This document shows, one piece after another, positions 1-9,793 of a stretch of DNA of 64,000 nucleotides. Under the pieces are notes generated by a model that saw nothing but the letters and a program-made list of their open reading frames with translations, was not told the origin of the DNA and ran no database searches. Location: IMG/VR virus record IMGVR_UViG_3300035034_000989, positions 1 through 64,000 of that record; one strand, given 5' to 3'. This DNA comes from a virus. Within the stretch, counting starts at the first letter, position 1, and each line of letters opens with the position of its first letter. A program made the position numbers and the translations under genes.

Positions 1-1228
1 ACAAGTAATTATAGGCACCAACGGAGAGATCAGTGATGTCATTATTGTCAACGGTGGAGCCGGTTACAGCATCAATGCAGGTGGCGATGGACGTGATGTA
101 GCAACACTCGACATCAACACAAATGGCCCAGGTTCAGGCGCTACTGCAACTGCAATAGTCTCAGGATTTATAGCCAGCGTGACAGTTGGCGAAACCGGCT
201 CAAACGGTGATGCGTATACTAGTCCAACTGCAACAATTGATGATCCGACTGGATCGGGCGCCACACTTAATGTTATCATGGATCCGGTCGCCGGACCTGG
301 AGTAATAGCATCGATAGATGTAATCAATAGCGGGTTGGGATATACCAATCCAACTGTGGTAATATCTGATCCAACTGGAACCACTGCTACTGCAACTGCC
401 GTATTAGACGGCACTGTAACCGAAATAGATATGATTACCGGCGGGGGTTTGTATATTAATCCGTTAGTTGAAATAGAAAGCGGTAACGAAACCAATGCCG
501 CTGTCGATCAATCTGACATAACGTTTGGTGTAATTACTTCGGCAACTGTTACCGTCGACAACTTTAAGTTACTCACAAATGATTTAATAATACTCGATAA
601 GTACCCGGACGCAACTGGATCAGCCTACATAGGCGGCACCGGAGCCACAATAACATCCAACGTAAGTGATGGTGTTATAACTGATGTTAGCTTTGCCTTA
701 CCTCAAGATTATGGTCTAGGATACATATCAAACCCAATCATTACTATTAACTCAACGTCTGGTACAAATGGTAGATTGTCGGCATCACCCGACAATAATA
801 ACATTGTCAGTGTAACTATCAACAACGGGGGGTCAGGATACCCTGTTGAGCCAAATGGGGCTACGTGGAGTACAGATACCACACAGCCATTTTACTTGTC
901 TATCAGTCAGCCTGACGGACTACGCTCAACCGGCATCTGGTACGATGTAGACGAAGCAGACGCGTTCAGCATTAGGTACAGCATCAAAAACAATACCGAT
1001 CTTCGAAAAGGAGATTTGAGCATGGCAGTGCTAGGAGCCGATTACATACTCAATGACGAATATGCCGAACTAACAAACGACTCTGATCCACTCAGATTAG
1101 TGTTTGTTCCATCGTTAGATACAATAAATAACATTGTCGAAATTAAATATAGTTCGAATACATTACCCAGTGAAGATGTTAATCCCACTTCATTGTCCAC
1201 AAACACATTAAGATGGAAGAATTTCTAA
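1..1228 (+). CDS. Virion structural protein (baseplate/tail type) with repeated Gly-rich beta units, 5'-truncated
   Basis: Frame is open from nt 2. Repeated units such as I.v.ngG.GY..PtV.I (VNGGAGY, INSGLGYTNPTVVI, DYGLGYISNPIITI, NNGGSGYP) are typical of T4-like baseplate/tail proteins. Confidence 0.6.
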   Translation, partial: QVIIGTNGEISDVIIVNGGAGYSINAGGDGRDVATLDINTNGPGSGATATAIVSGFIASVTVGETGSNGDAYTSPTATIDDPTGSGATLNVIMDPVAGPGVIASIDVINSGLGYTNPTVVISDPTGTTATATAVLDGTVTEIDMITGGGLYINPLVEIESGNETNAAVDQSDITFGVITSATVTVDNFKLLTNDLIILDKYPDATGSAYIGGTGATITSNVSDGVITDVSFALPQDYGLGYISNPIITINSTSGTNGRLSASPDNNNIVSVTINNGGSGYPVEPNGATWSTDTTQPFYLSISQPDGLRSTGIWYDVDEADAFSIRYSIKNNTDLRKGDLSMAVLGADYILNDEYAELTNDSDPLRLVFVPSLDTINNIVEIKYSSNTLPSEDVNPTSLSTNTLRWKNF

Positions 1229-1231
1229 AGC

Positions 1232-1672
1232 ATGATTCATTGGAACAATTTATCCGCAACAGAAAGATTGGATTTATGGCGCCACGAACGTGAAGACTTA
1301 AAAGAAAAGCAATACAATGACAGATTAGAAAGTCTGTCAGCGTTTTTCTCTCACGTGCCGTACGGCAGCAGATCGCTAGACTACTATACACCAAGCAGTT
1401 GGCTAACACCGTGGGAGATATTTCACCATGGTGAGTTCTGCCGTAATTCTATAAGCTTGCTAATGTTTCACACATTAAACATGGTAGATCCGGACATAAA
1501 TATAAAGCTTTGCTTAGTAGATGACAAGGAAGACATTTACCTAGTGTTAGTAGTAGACGATACATTCGTACTTGGGCTAGTTCCAGGACAAGTAGAAAAA
1601 ATCACAAAAATAAAAAAATCAGTTCAATTCAAGCAAACGTTTGAAAAAGACCAGATTACCACATTCGCATAA
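1232..1672 (+). CDS. Hypothetical protein, possible transglutaminase-like (BTLCP) fold
   Basis: WLTPWEIF...EFC resembles the W-x-TP-x-E...DC segment of BTLCP proteins; catalytic His not evident. Confidence 0.35.
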   Translation: MIHWNNLSATERLDLWRHEREDLKEKQYNDRLESLSAFFSHVPYGSRSLDYYTPSSWLTPWEIFHHGEFCRNSISLLMFHTLNMVDPDINIKLCLVDDKEDIYLVLVVDDTFVLGLVPGQVEKITKIKKSVQFKQTFEKDQITTFA

Positions 1673-1687
1673 ACACAAGGAAAGTAC

Positions 1688-3952
1688 ATGAAATCAATTA
1701 TGGTGGCCAAACGTAGCGGCCGACGTGAACCATTCGACCCAGATAAAATACACACCGTTTTATTCTGGGCCGCAGAGGATGTTGCAAACGTATCAGTCTC
1801 GCAAATAGAAGCCAAGGCTTCATTACAATTACACGACAGCATCTCAACAGAAGATATCCATGAAATACTAATAGCTTCTGCTAATGAACTTATTTCTGAA
1901 GATTCACCTAACTACCAATGGGTAGCGGCACGTCTTAGACTTTTTCAATTGCGTAAACAAGCATTAGGACAGTTTACCCCTATTCCCGTCTTTGACTTGG
2001 TAAAGCGCAACGTAGAGCTTGGAAAATACACCAGCGAGTTACTCGATTGGTACAGCAAGGCCGACTGGGCCGAAATGGAAAAGATTGTAGATCACGAACG
2101 TGACTTTGATTATGCGTATGCCGGAATGGAACAGCTTGCAAGAAAGTATCTTGTGCAGAATCGTGTTTCGCGCAAAGTTTATGAAACACCGCAGTATCTA
2201 AATATTATTATTTCTGCTTGCTTCTTTCACCGTTACCCTGCAGAAACACGCATGAGCTACATACGTGAGTTTTATAATGCGTTAAGCAATCATGTAATAT
2301 CATTGCCAACACCAATCATGGCAGGCCTGCGAACTCCAGTCAAACAGTTTTCTAGTTGTGTACTAATTGAGTCAGGCGACACGCTCAAGTCGATCAATGC
2401 AACATCAAATGCAGTTGTTGAGTATATCAGTCGTAAAGCAGGCATTGGCTTAGAAGGCGGCCACATTCGCGCAGTTGATTCCGAAATACGCGGTGGCGAT
2501 GCAAGACACACTGGCGTAACTCCGTTTTATCGTTTGTTCCAGTCTGCGGTTAAGTCTTGTTCGCAAGGTGGTGTGCGTGGTGGAGCGGCAACATTGTATG
2601 CTCCGATTTGGCATCTCGAAGTTGAAAACATTATTACATTGCGCAGTAATGCACGAACAGAAGAGTCAGCAGTACGACACATGGACTACGGTATCCAATT
2701 TTGCGAATTGTTCTACGAGCGTCTAATACAAGATGGCAACATCACATTGTTTAGTCCGCACGAAGTAACAGACATGCACGAAGCGTTCTTTAGTGATCAA
2801 GAAAAGTTTCGCGAACTATACGAGAAGTACGAACGCAAATCGGGTATAATGAAAAAGACTGTTCCGGCAATTGAATTGTTTTCGTTATTTCACACACAGC
2901 GCAAAGAGACAGGTCGCATTTACAAAATCAATGTTGACAACACCAACAAGTACGGTTCGTTTGACGAGAGTGTTGCTCCGGTAAGAATGTCCAACTTGTG
3001 TACTGAAATAACATTGCCTACCAAGCCACTAGAATTTTCAGATGATCCAAATGGTGAAATTGCACTTTGTACACTTGCCGCTATAAACTTCGGTAAAATG
3101 AAAGAGCCTACTGACTTTGAAAGACCAGCAGAGCTATTAGTACGTGCGCTAAATGAGTTGCTTGATTATCAAGACTACCCCATGAAAGCCGCTTATAATG
3201 CAACCATGGGTCGTAGGCCACTTGGTGTTGGCATTTCTAACCTGGCTTATTGGATTGCCAAGAACGGATATAAGTATTCAGATGATACTTCGTTGGTACA
3301 CTTTGGTGAAATGATGGAAGGATTCCAGTACTACTTGATGAAAGCCAGTGTTGAAGTAGCAAAAGAAACTGGCCCGTGCCCGATGTTCAACGAAACCAAA
3401 TACAGCAAAGGAATCATGCCTGTTGATGCATATAAACATGCACTAGATGAAATACTGCCACACAAAGAAATAGTTGACTGGAACTGGTTACGGGCCCAAG
3501 TATTAGAGCACGGAATGGCAAACAGCACATTATCAGCGTTAATGCCGGTTGAAACATCTAGTCAGATAATCAATGCAACAAACGGCATAGAGCCTCCAAG
3601 AAGCCTAGTTTCGGTAAAAGGTTCTGCCGATGGTAGACTTAAACAGGTGGTGCCAAGCATCTCTCGTTTAAAGAATAAATATGAACTAGCATGGGACATG
3701 CCTAACACACGTGGATATTTAAAAGTCGCCGCAGTAGCACAGAAATATGTTGATCAAGCAATATCAACAAACACATGGTATAATCCAGAAAATTACGAAA
3801 ACAATGAAATCCCAATGCTCGAACTGATCCAAGATGATTTGTTAGCATTCAAATACGGTCTGAAGACACTTTATTATTGCAATACATATGACGGCGCCAG
3901 TGATGACTTCTCCGAAGACGATGATTGCGCAGGCGGTGGTTGTAAACTTTAA
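1688..3952 (+). CDS. nrdA: Class Ia ribonucleotide reductase alpha subunit
   Basis: N-terminal ATP cone (VAKRSG), FSSC, QGGVRGGA loop, SNLCTEI, KTLYY and C-terminal CxxxxC. Confidence 0.98.
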   Translation: MKSIMVAKRSGRREPFDPDKIHTVLFWAAEDVANVSVSQIEAKASLQLHDSISTEDIHEILIASANELISEDSPNYQWVAARLRLFQLRKQALGQFTPIPVFDLVKRNVELGKYTSELLDWYSKADWAEMEKIVDHERDFDYAYAGMEQLARKYLVQNRVSRKVYETPQYLNIIISACFFHRYPAETRMSYIREFYNALSNHVISLPTPIMAGLRTPVKQFSSCVLIESGDTLKSINATSNAVVEYISRKAGIGLEGGHIRAVDSEIRGGDARHTGVTPFYRLFQSAVKSCSQGGVRGGAATLYAPIWHLEVENIITLRSNARTEESAVRHMDYGIQFCELFYERLIQDGNITLFSPHEVTDMHEAFFSDQEKFRELYEKYERKSGIMKKTVPAIELFSLFHTQRKETGRIYKINVDNTNKYGSFDESVAPVRMSNLCTEITLPTKPLEFSDDPNGEIALCTLAAINFGKMKEPTDFERPAELLVRALNELLDYQDYPMKAAYNATMGRRPLGVGISNLAYWIAKNGYKYSDDTSLVHFGEMMEGFQYYLMKASVEVAKETGPCPMFNETKYSKGIMPVDAYKHALDEILPHKEIVDWNWLRAQVLEHGMANSTLSALMPVETSSQIINATNGIEPPRSLVSVKGSADGRLKQVVPSISRLKNKYELAWDMPNTRGYLKVAAVAQKYVDQAISTNTWYNPENYENNEIPMLELIQDDLLAFKYGLKTLYYCNTYDGASDDFSEDDDCAGGGCKL

Positions 3953-4044
3953 TACCCGCCTCAAAAACACTAAATATAAGTAATAGCCAGTGTGTGATCG
4001 CATGCTGGAAAATCATATTAATTTAAAACAAACATGGAGAGTAA

Positions 4045-5181
4045 ATGAAGTTCCAGACTTTCAACACCGCAAAAAATGATGCCACCAAAGAGCAAATGTT
4101 CTTTGGTAACTCTGTTAACTCGGCACGTTACGACAAGCAGAAGTACTCATTCTTTGAAAAGCAAATACGCAAACAAAACAGTTTCTTTTGGAACCCCGAA
4201 GAAATTGCAATGAACCAAGATGCCGCAAACTACCATAAAGATCTTGGCCCCGCCGCCAAACACATATTTACATCAAACTTGCAATATCAGATATTGCTTG
4301 ATTCTGTGCAAGGCCGCGCACCAAACATTGCATTGTTACCAGTTGTTTCAATACCCGAATTAGAAACGCTAATTGAAACTTGGTCTTACTTTGAAACAAT
4401 ACACTCGCGTTCGTACTCACACATCATTCGCGGCATATACAATAGCCCAGCCGAAGTGTTCGATACCATGCTTGATGTTCAGCCAATACTTGATCGTGCC
4501 CAGGCAGTTACCAAGTACTACGATGACTTTATTGAATACTCGTCTTACTACAACCTATTCGGCTTTGGCGATACTGTAATAAACGGAAGCACTGTTCACA
4601 TCAGCGAATATGAGTTACACAAGAAATTGTATCTGTTAATGGCAGCAATCAACATACTTGAAGGTGTACGCTTTTATGTTTCGTTTGCTTGTACATGGAA
4701 CTTTGCCGAGTCAATGAAAGTCATGGAGAAGTCTGCAAAGATTCTTAAACTGATTTGTCGTGATGAAAACGTCCACTTGGCAATTACCACGTTCATAATG
4801 AAAAAGTTTGCCGATGGTAGCGAAGGTTCTATGTTGCGTGATATTGCTCAGCAGTGCGAAAGCGAAGTGTATCAGATGTATGCAGACGCAGTACAGCAAG
4901 AAAAAGATTGGGCACAGTACTTGTTCAGCGAAGGATCTGTTATAGGCTTAAATGCCCAGATTTTAGGCGATTATGTAGAGTATATTGCTAACAAGCGCAT
5001 GCGCACTATCGGACTGAAAGGACCGTACACGCAAACAAGTAATCCATTGCCATGGACTGATTCATGGATTGGATCCAAGGACACACAAGTGGCCCCTCAA
5101 GAAGAGGAAATAACGAGCTATACGATGGGCGGCATCAACAACAACATTGATAAGTCTGCGTTCTCAGCGTTCACACTCTAA
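4045..5181 (+). CDS. nrdB: Class Ia ribonucleotide reductase beta subunit
   Basis: FFWNPEE, LDSVQGR, ETIHSRSY, EGVRFY, RDENVH, VAPQE. Confidence 0.98.
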   Translation: MKFQTFNTAKNDATKEQMFFGNSVNSARYDKQKYSFFEKQIRKQNSFFWNPEEIAMNQDAANYHKDLGPAAKHIFTSNLQYQILLDSVQGRAPNIALLPVVSIPELETLIETWSYFETIHSRSYSHIIRGIYNSPAEVFDTMLDVQPILDRAQAVTKYYDDFIEYSSYYNLFGFGDTVINGSTVHISEYELHKKLYLLMAAINILEGVRFYVSFACTWNFAESMKVMEKSAKILKLICRDENVHLAITTFIMKKFADGSEGSMLRDIAQQCESEVYQMYADAVQQEKDWAQYLFSEGSVIGLNAQILGDYVEYIANKRMRTIGLKGPYTQTSNPLPWTDSWIGSKDTQVAPQEEEITSYTMGGINNNIDKSAFSAFTL

Positions 5182-5191
5182 CAGTAACACA

Positions 5192-5920
5192 ATGGAAGAG
5201 TTTATCATCGCCGGCTATCCCGCTTGCTATTTTGCAAGCGGTCATTCCAAGCTTTTAATTTCAGTTGGAGACAGTTGGCCAGCGGGCCACGGAGCAGTTC
5301 CAGCGGTATATGGCCCATCGGCCCACTACGAAAATCACATGGTCACTCACAGCTATCCGTATTTCCTGCATAAGATGCAAGGCGACCATGACCTATTATC
5401 AATTGCTTATCCCGGTGCAGGAATACACGGCCAGTATGAAGCATTAAAGAAGTATCTGCATATAGCTAATCGATACGATACTGTGATGGTCATACTTGGC
5501 ATGGACGCAGGAATAAGACATCATTATCGGTATGACTCACATGATTACGTATGTTCGTTAGTGCCAGGTAAATGTATAGGAAAAGAATACTTCGACAATA
5601 TCGATTTTGATTTTCTGTATGATCAATTCTGCTCTAGAATATTCGACTTCCAGTGCCTGTGTAAAGTATACAATTTTGAATTCTGGTTTGTTAACAACTG
5701 GATGGGAGATTTAAATCAATATTTGGATATCTCGGTGTTTAAGGACTTAGTAAGGTTAGACAACTATATTGACTTTGATCAGCATAGAAATGCACGCACC
5801 ATGCTCACCACCAACTACGGCAATAATATAATTCAGTCTTGCAAGCATCCTACTGCCGAAGGTCATAAGTACATTGCAAACTGGATATATAGAGTTCAGT
5901 CCGCAAAAAACATCACGTAA
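5192..5920 (+). CDS. SGNH/GDSL hydrolase-like protein
   Basis: GDSW block I, C-terminal HP..GH; ATG at 5192 follows the nrdB stop. Confidence 0.55.
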   Translation: MEEFIIAGYPACYFASGHSKLLISVGDSWPAGHGAVPAVYGPSAHYENHMVTHSYPYFLHKMQGDHDLLSIAYPGAGIHGQYEALKKYLHIANRYDTVMVILGMDAGIRHHYRYDSHDYVCSLVPGKCIGKEYFDNIDFDFLYDQFCSRIFDFQCLCKVYNFEFWFVNNWMGDLNQYLDISVFKDLVRLDNYIDFDQHRNARTMLTTNYGNNIIQSCKHPTAEGHKYIANWIYRVQSAKNIT

Positions 5921-5945
5921 TCACAAACAAACAGGACACATAAAA

Positions 5946-6257
5946 ATGTTAAAAACAAATACATTCAAGGCAAATCAAGTAGTATGTTTCAAATTGGTGT
6001 CAGGCGAAGAAGTAATTGCTAAAACCAAAGCAGAAGATGCCACCACCGTTACATTGACCTCAGCACGTACTTTAGTTGCTATGCAACAGGGCGCAGGCCT
6101 AGCGGCAATTGCTAGCATGGGAACACCCGAAGTAGAAATCGTGTTACAGAAAAGTTCTGTGATGTTTACGTATTCGCCACAGAAAGCAATTGAAGAAAAG
6201 TACGTGCAGGAAGTTTCGCCTATTGCAACAGCCACCCCAGGCAATATTATTTCATAA
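5946..6257 (+). CDS. Hypothetical protein, Sm-like small beta fold
   Basis: VVCFKLVSGEEVIAK pattern common in T4-like phage small proteins; SD AGGA upstream. Confidence 0.5.
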   Translation: MLKTNTFKANQVVCFKLVSGEEVIAKTKAEDATTVTLTSARTLVAMQQGAGLAAIASMGTPEVEIVLQKSSVMFTYSPQKAIEEKYVQEVSPIATATPGNIIS

Positions 6258-6262
6258 AACTA

Positions 6263-6291
6263 TTGTAAACACAGGACCACACATGTATAAT
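6263..6291 (+). promoter_or_regulatory. Sigma70-type promoter
   Basis: TTGTAA-N17-TATAAT in an intergenic gap. Confidence 0.7.
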
Positions 6292-6324
6292 AAGCATACA
6301 AGACACAATAATCAAGGAAATGAC

Positions 6325-6534
6325 ATGATAAAAAAAACCAACCGTAGCCCATATGAAATCCGCGCAGACTTACTATTACTAGCAAAAGAAATTTTAGTTG
6401 AGCAAGCACATGCAAAAGCCGACAGAAGCCCCGAGGGTGCTATGACCACTGGATGGAAAGCACCAACAACAGCAGAAATTGTTGCTGAGGCAAAACTACT
6501 CAACCAATTTGTTTCATTAGACGACAAAACATAA
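6325..6534 (+). CDS. Conserved phage hypothetical protein
   Basis: SPYEIRADLLLLAKEIL...PTTAEIVAEA..LNQFVS; SD AAGGA. Confidence 0.6.
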   Translation: MIKKTNRSPYEIRADLLLLAKEILVEQAHAKADRSPEGAMTTGWKAPTTAEIVAEAKLLNQFVSLDDKT

Positions 6535-6545
6535 GGTACAATGTC

Positions 6546-7289
6546 ATGGATATCAATCAAGTATTAGACGTTGACAGCTTTGACGGTATACTTACCATAA
6601 GTGATATCCATGGCGAGTATGACACTGCTAAACGAGCTGTCGACTTGGCAATGAGTAAAAATTTACTGATCGTATTTTTAGGTGATTTGTTCGACGGTGG
6701 CAACCAGCCACTTGAAACTTTAACCCTTGTCAAGAAAGTAATTGATCAAAAGCAAGGAATTATGATCATTGGTAATCACGACGACAAGTTCTATCGGCAT
6801 GCACTTGGTAACCCTGTTAAGCTCGGTCAGTCACAGACACAAACTGTACTTGACATTCCTGACATGACCATGTTCCAAGAGACATTGAAATATGTGTACA
6901 CGCACACAAGCACAAGCTTGTATGCTTATTACAATCAGTACATGTTTGCACATGCTGGGATTAGTCCTTCGTTATGGAATCTTCCTACCGTTGCAACCGG
7001 CAAGCAAAAGAGTATGTGCTTGTATGGCGAAGTAGACGGAACACGCGACGAACATGGATTCCCAATGCGGTACTACACATGGTGCGACGAAGTTCCTGCA
7101 GGATATCATGTATTTGTCGGCCACGATAGATCAGCCAAGGGAAAGCCACTTGACCAGATTGGGCAATATGCTAATTCGTCTGGTGGCACAACTTACTTCA
7201 CGGATTGCTCGTGTGGCAAGGAGCCTAACAATCCAGTTGGTGTTGCAATCATCACAGGCAATGGTGTTGAATTAATGCGAGTGTACTAA
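6546..7289 (+). CDS. Calcineurin-like metallophosphoesterase (PrpE/ApaH/Pnkp-phosphatase-like)
   Basis: SDIHG, LGDLFD, GNHD, HAG, LYGE and GH motifs. Confidence 0.85.
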   Translation: MDINQVLDVDSFDGILTISDIHGEYDTAKRAVDLAMSKNLLIVFLGDLFDGGNQPLETLTLVKKVIDQKQGIMIIGNHDDKFYRHALGNPVKLGQSQTQTVLDIPDMTMFQETLKYVYTHTSTSLYAYYNQYMFAHAGISPSLWNLPTVATGKQKSMCLYGEVDGTRDEHGFPMRYYTWCDEVPAGYHVFVGHDRSAKGKPLDQIGQYANSSGGTTYFTDCSCGKEPNNPVGVAIITGNGVELMRVY

Positions 7290-7684
7290 TGAAGCTTGCG
7301 GTAGTTGGTTCACGTTCTTTTACAGACAAAGCAACGGTATTCTTCTTTCTTGATGCATACCGCGAGACCTTCGGGGATAAGTTAGTTATTGTCTCTGGAG
7401 GTTGTCCTAATGGCCCAGATAACCATGCAGAAATGTACGGCTGGAAACATGACATACCTCTCCAAATATATCTACCCGACTGGGACAAATACGGCAAAGG
7501 TGCCGGCTTCATTCGAAATTCAGAGATTGTCGAAAACTGCGATGAAGTGATTGCATTCTGGGATGGAAAATCAAATGGCACACGAGACACCATTCGTAAA
7601 GCCGAAAAGAAAAACAAAGAAGTAATTATTGTTGACAAAGAGTTGACATTGCCTACAAAAACCATTAAGCTGTTAAGCAACTAA
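7289..7684 (+). CDS. SLOG-superfamily (YspA/DUF2493-like) protein
   Basis: VVGSR, VSGG..GPD, AG.IRN, AFWDGKS.GT motifs. Confidence 0.8.
   Translation: MKLAVVGSRSFTDKATVFFFLDAYRETFGDKLVIVSGGCPNGPDNHAEMYGWKHDIPLQIYLPDWDKYGKGAGFIRNSEIVENCDEVIAFWDGKSNGTRDTIRKAEKKNKEVIIVDKELTLPTKTIKLLSN
7643..7671 (+). promoter_or_regulatory. Possible sigma70-type promoter
   Basis: TTGACA-N17-TAAGCT at the end of the SLOG gene. Confidence 0.45.
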
Positions 7685-7783
7685 ACAACAAAGGTAGTTC
7701 AGCATGCGCGGCGCTTATCAATCACATCACATTACACTTACCTAACCGGTTCCAAACACTCAGACCGAATTACCTTATCAATC

Positions 7784-8290
7784 ATGGTTGGAGTCTTACT
7801 TACTTTTTCCATGGGATATGCAGTTTACGATACATACACTAACAATCCGTCCCCGCTTTGGGAATCAGTTAACCATGTGCATTTGAGTACATCAACCTTT
7901 CTTATATTACTTGTATACATACCAGTTGCATTCTACATTATACAGATACTTCGCATGTCATACTATTATTGCAAAGGATACGAACAATGGCTCGGCTCCC
8001 AAGCAGAACTCGACACATTCGAAGTACACCCGGCAATGGACCTCCTCCGGGCAACTATGATACTTTGCACAACATCATTTGGGCTTGGTATGATAACATG
8101 GATCATGCAGAACACATCATCAAGAACTCGTGCGCTAGAACTTGGAATTTATGTAACAGGCTCGGTGATCCTATTGGCAGTGATCGCCCCAATAACAATT
8201 GTTGCCATGCAAAAAATACGTGTGAACAACTTGAGAAAAATTGAAACATATCGCCAACTCGGCGGTGATGAATGCGACACCAGAGGATAA
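7784..8290 (+). CDS. Membrane protein, about 4 TM, paralog of the next gene
   Basis: Hydrophobic segments; shares R..Y...GY, HP and a basic C-terminal helix with 8295..8888. Confidence 0.6.
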   Translation: MVGVLLTFSMGYAVYDTYTNNPSPLWESVNHVHLSTSTFLILLVYIPVAFYIIQILRMSYYYCKGYEQWLGSQAELDTFEVHPAMDLLRATMILCTTSFGLGMITWIMQNTSSRTRALELGIYVTGSVILLAVIAPITIVAMQKIRVNNLRKIETYRQLGGDECDTRG

Positions 8291-8294
8291 CACA

Positions 8295-8888
8295 ATGTCA
8301 GCTAACGTATTTTTAGAAATTCCGTCTCCTGAGGCGTTAAAAACACGCATGCGGTTTGCCATGGTACCCGGTATATTAGTTCCTATTTTACTACACGTTG
8401 GTTTCGTATACATGTATTCCTTAAACACGGACTTTGAAAAACAAGGATTTTTTGTAGGTGAAGCATTTCTTTCCGGCACATTTGGTACGGCATGTCTTGC
8501 GTTTGCAATATTAGTCCTGATTAGGTTCATATACTTCGTACGAGGTTACGACGTACCAAGTCACTATACTCTCGATGACATGGGAGTCGAAACCAAACAC
8601 CCCAGGGCCGAATTCATGATACAAGAAAACAATTGGACGGCGGTGTTTTTTTATTCTTGTGCCGTGGGGTTAATATCTCTTGTGGTATATCTGTTGCAAT
8701 GGATTTTTGGTTCACTGTGGTCCTGGTCACCAATTGCAATATTATTGCCTGTGTGCATGGCAGTACCTGTTGTAATTGCGTTACTGATGCGCAAGCGTAA
8801 TCGTAGACTAAATATCGAACGAGTTAAGATCATGGCAGAGCTTACAGGGCCAGCCAGAGCGAATCGTGACTACCACGGTTCTTATTAG
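8295..8888 (+). CDS. Membrane protein, about 4 TM
   Basis: Four hydrophobic segments; SD GAGGA before ATG 8295. Confidence 0.65.
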   Translation: MSANVFLEIPSPEALKTRMRFAMVPGILVPILLHVGFVYMYSLNTDFEKQGFFVGEAFLSGTFGTACLAFAILVLIRFIYFVRGYDVPSHYTLDDMGVETKHPRAEFMIQENNWTAVFFYSCAVGLISLVVYLLQWIFGSLWSWSPIAILLPVCMAVPVVIALLMRKRNRRLNIERVKIMAELTGPARANRDYHGSY

Positions 8889-8929
8889 CCATAACTACAA
8901 TACAAATTAAATAAACGTCAAGGACGACA

Positions 8930-9793
8930 ATGCAAAATTATCACGACCTTTTAACAGACATCATGCAGAATGGTGTCGAACGACCCGATCGAACAGACGT
9001 AGGAACATCTAAGTTTGTGCCCGGCGCATACATGCAATGGGATCTAGCACAAGGTTTTCCAATTATAACCACACGTCGAGTACCATTCCGTATTGCGTTT
9101 GAAGAGACCATGTTTTTCTTGCGTGGCGAGACTGACACAACCAAACTTGAAGAATTGCGCATCAATATATGGAAAGGAAACACCAGCAGAGAGTTTCTTG
9201 ATAGCAAGCACTTGCAACATTTACCAGTTGGGTCACTTGGCGCAGGGTACAGTCATCAATGGCGAAACTTCAATGGCGAAGTAGGAGTCCCCGGCACCGG
9301 CGTCGATCAAATCCGTGACATGATAACTGCCATGCAACACAACCCCACTAGTCGCAGGCATGTTATCACTGCATGGAATCCGTCACAGCTAGACGGTACT
9401 CCACTGCCACCGTGTCACCTCATGCACATGTACACGATTGATCCTGTGAACAAACTGTTACACAGCTCTTTCATCATGCGCTCGAACGATGTACCATTTG
9501 GACTACCGTTTAATATCATGAGCTATGGCTATTTAAACCACCTTTTTAGCAAGATTTTAGGCCTAACTCCAGGAACACTTACATACTTCGGGCATGACGC
9601 TCACATCTACAAAAACCAGTATGATATGGTGAGCGAGCAGTTAACACGCCCACCTCTTGAGTTGCCCGAATTGTGCATTAATAAACAGATAAACACATTC
9701 GACGATGCACTTGCGTTAACATTCGAAGACGTGACAATAGAAGATTACCACCCGTGGCCAGACATCGGCGATAAACCCGATATGGCAATTTAA
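8930..9793 (+). CDS. thyA: Thymidylate synthase
   Basis: DRTDVGT, PTSRR, LPPCH, RSND..GLPFN (Asn, dUMP-type), DAHIY. Confidence 0.97.
   Translation: MQNYHDLLTDIMQNGVERPDRTDVGTSKFVPGAYMQWDLAQGFPIITTRRVPFRIAFEETMFFLRGETDTTKLEELRINIWKGNTSREFLDSKHLQHLPVGSLGAGYSHQWRNFNGEVGVPGTGVDQIRDMITAMQHNPTSRRHVITAWNPSQLDGTPLPPCHLMHMYTIDPVNKLLHSSFIMRSNDVPFGLPFNIMSYGYLNHLFSKILGLTPGTLTYFGHDAHIYKNQYDMVSEQLTRPPLELPELCINKQINTFDDALALTFEDVTIEDYHPWPDIGDKPDMAI

Noticed and set aside
64-495. Minus-strand ORF here and the many other antisense ORFs in the track
   Set aside because: They are shadows of well-supported + strand genes, with no SD or motifs. Only 24023..24343 and phoH have - strand support.
1688-5181. Introns, inteins or homing endonucleases in nrdA/nrdB (also thyA, PolB)
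   Set aside because: Reading frames are continuous, with no splice motifs or endonuclease ORFs.
7682-7684. Stop-codon recoding fusing the SLOG gene to the in-frame membrane ORF
   Set aside because: All three stops end well-conserved genes normally elsewhere in the window; no sign of an alternative genetic code.
8930-9793. thyA as a dCMP hydroxymethylase that would feed the glycosyltransferase
   Set aside because: It has the dUMP-specifying Asn (GLPFN) and a canonical ThyA layout.
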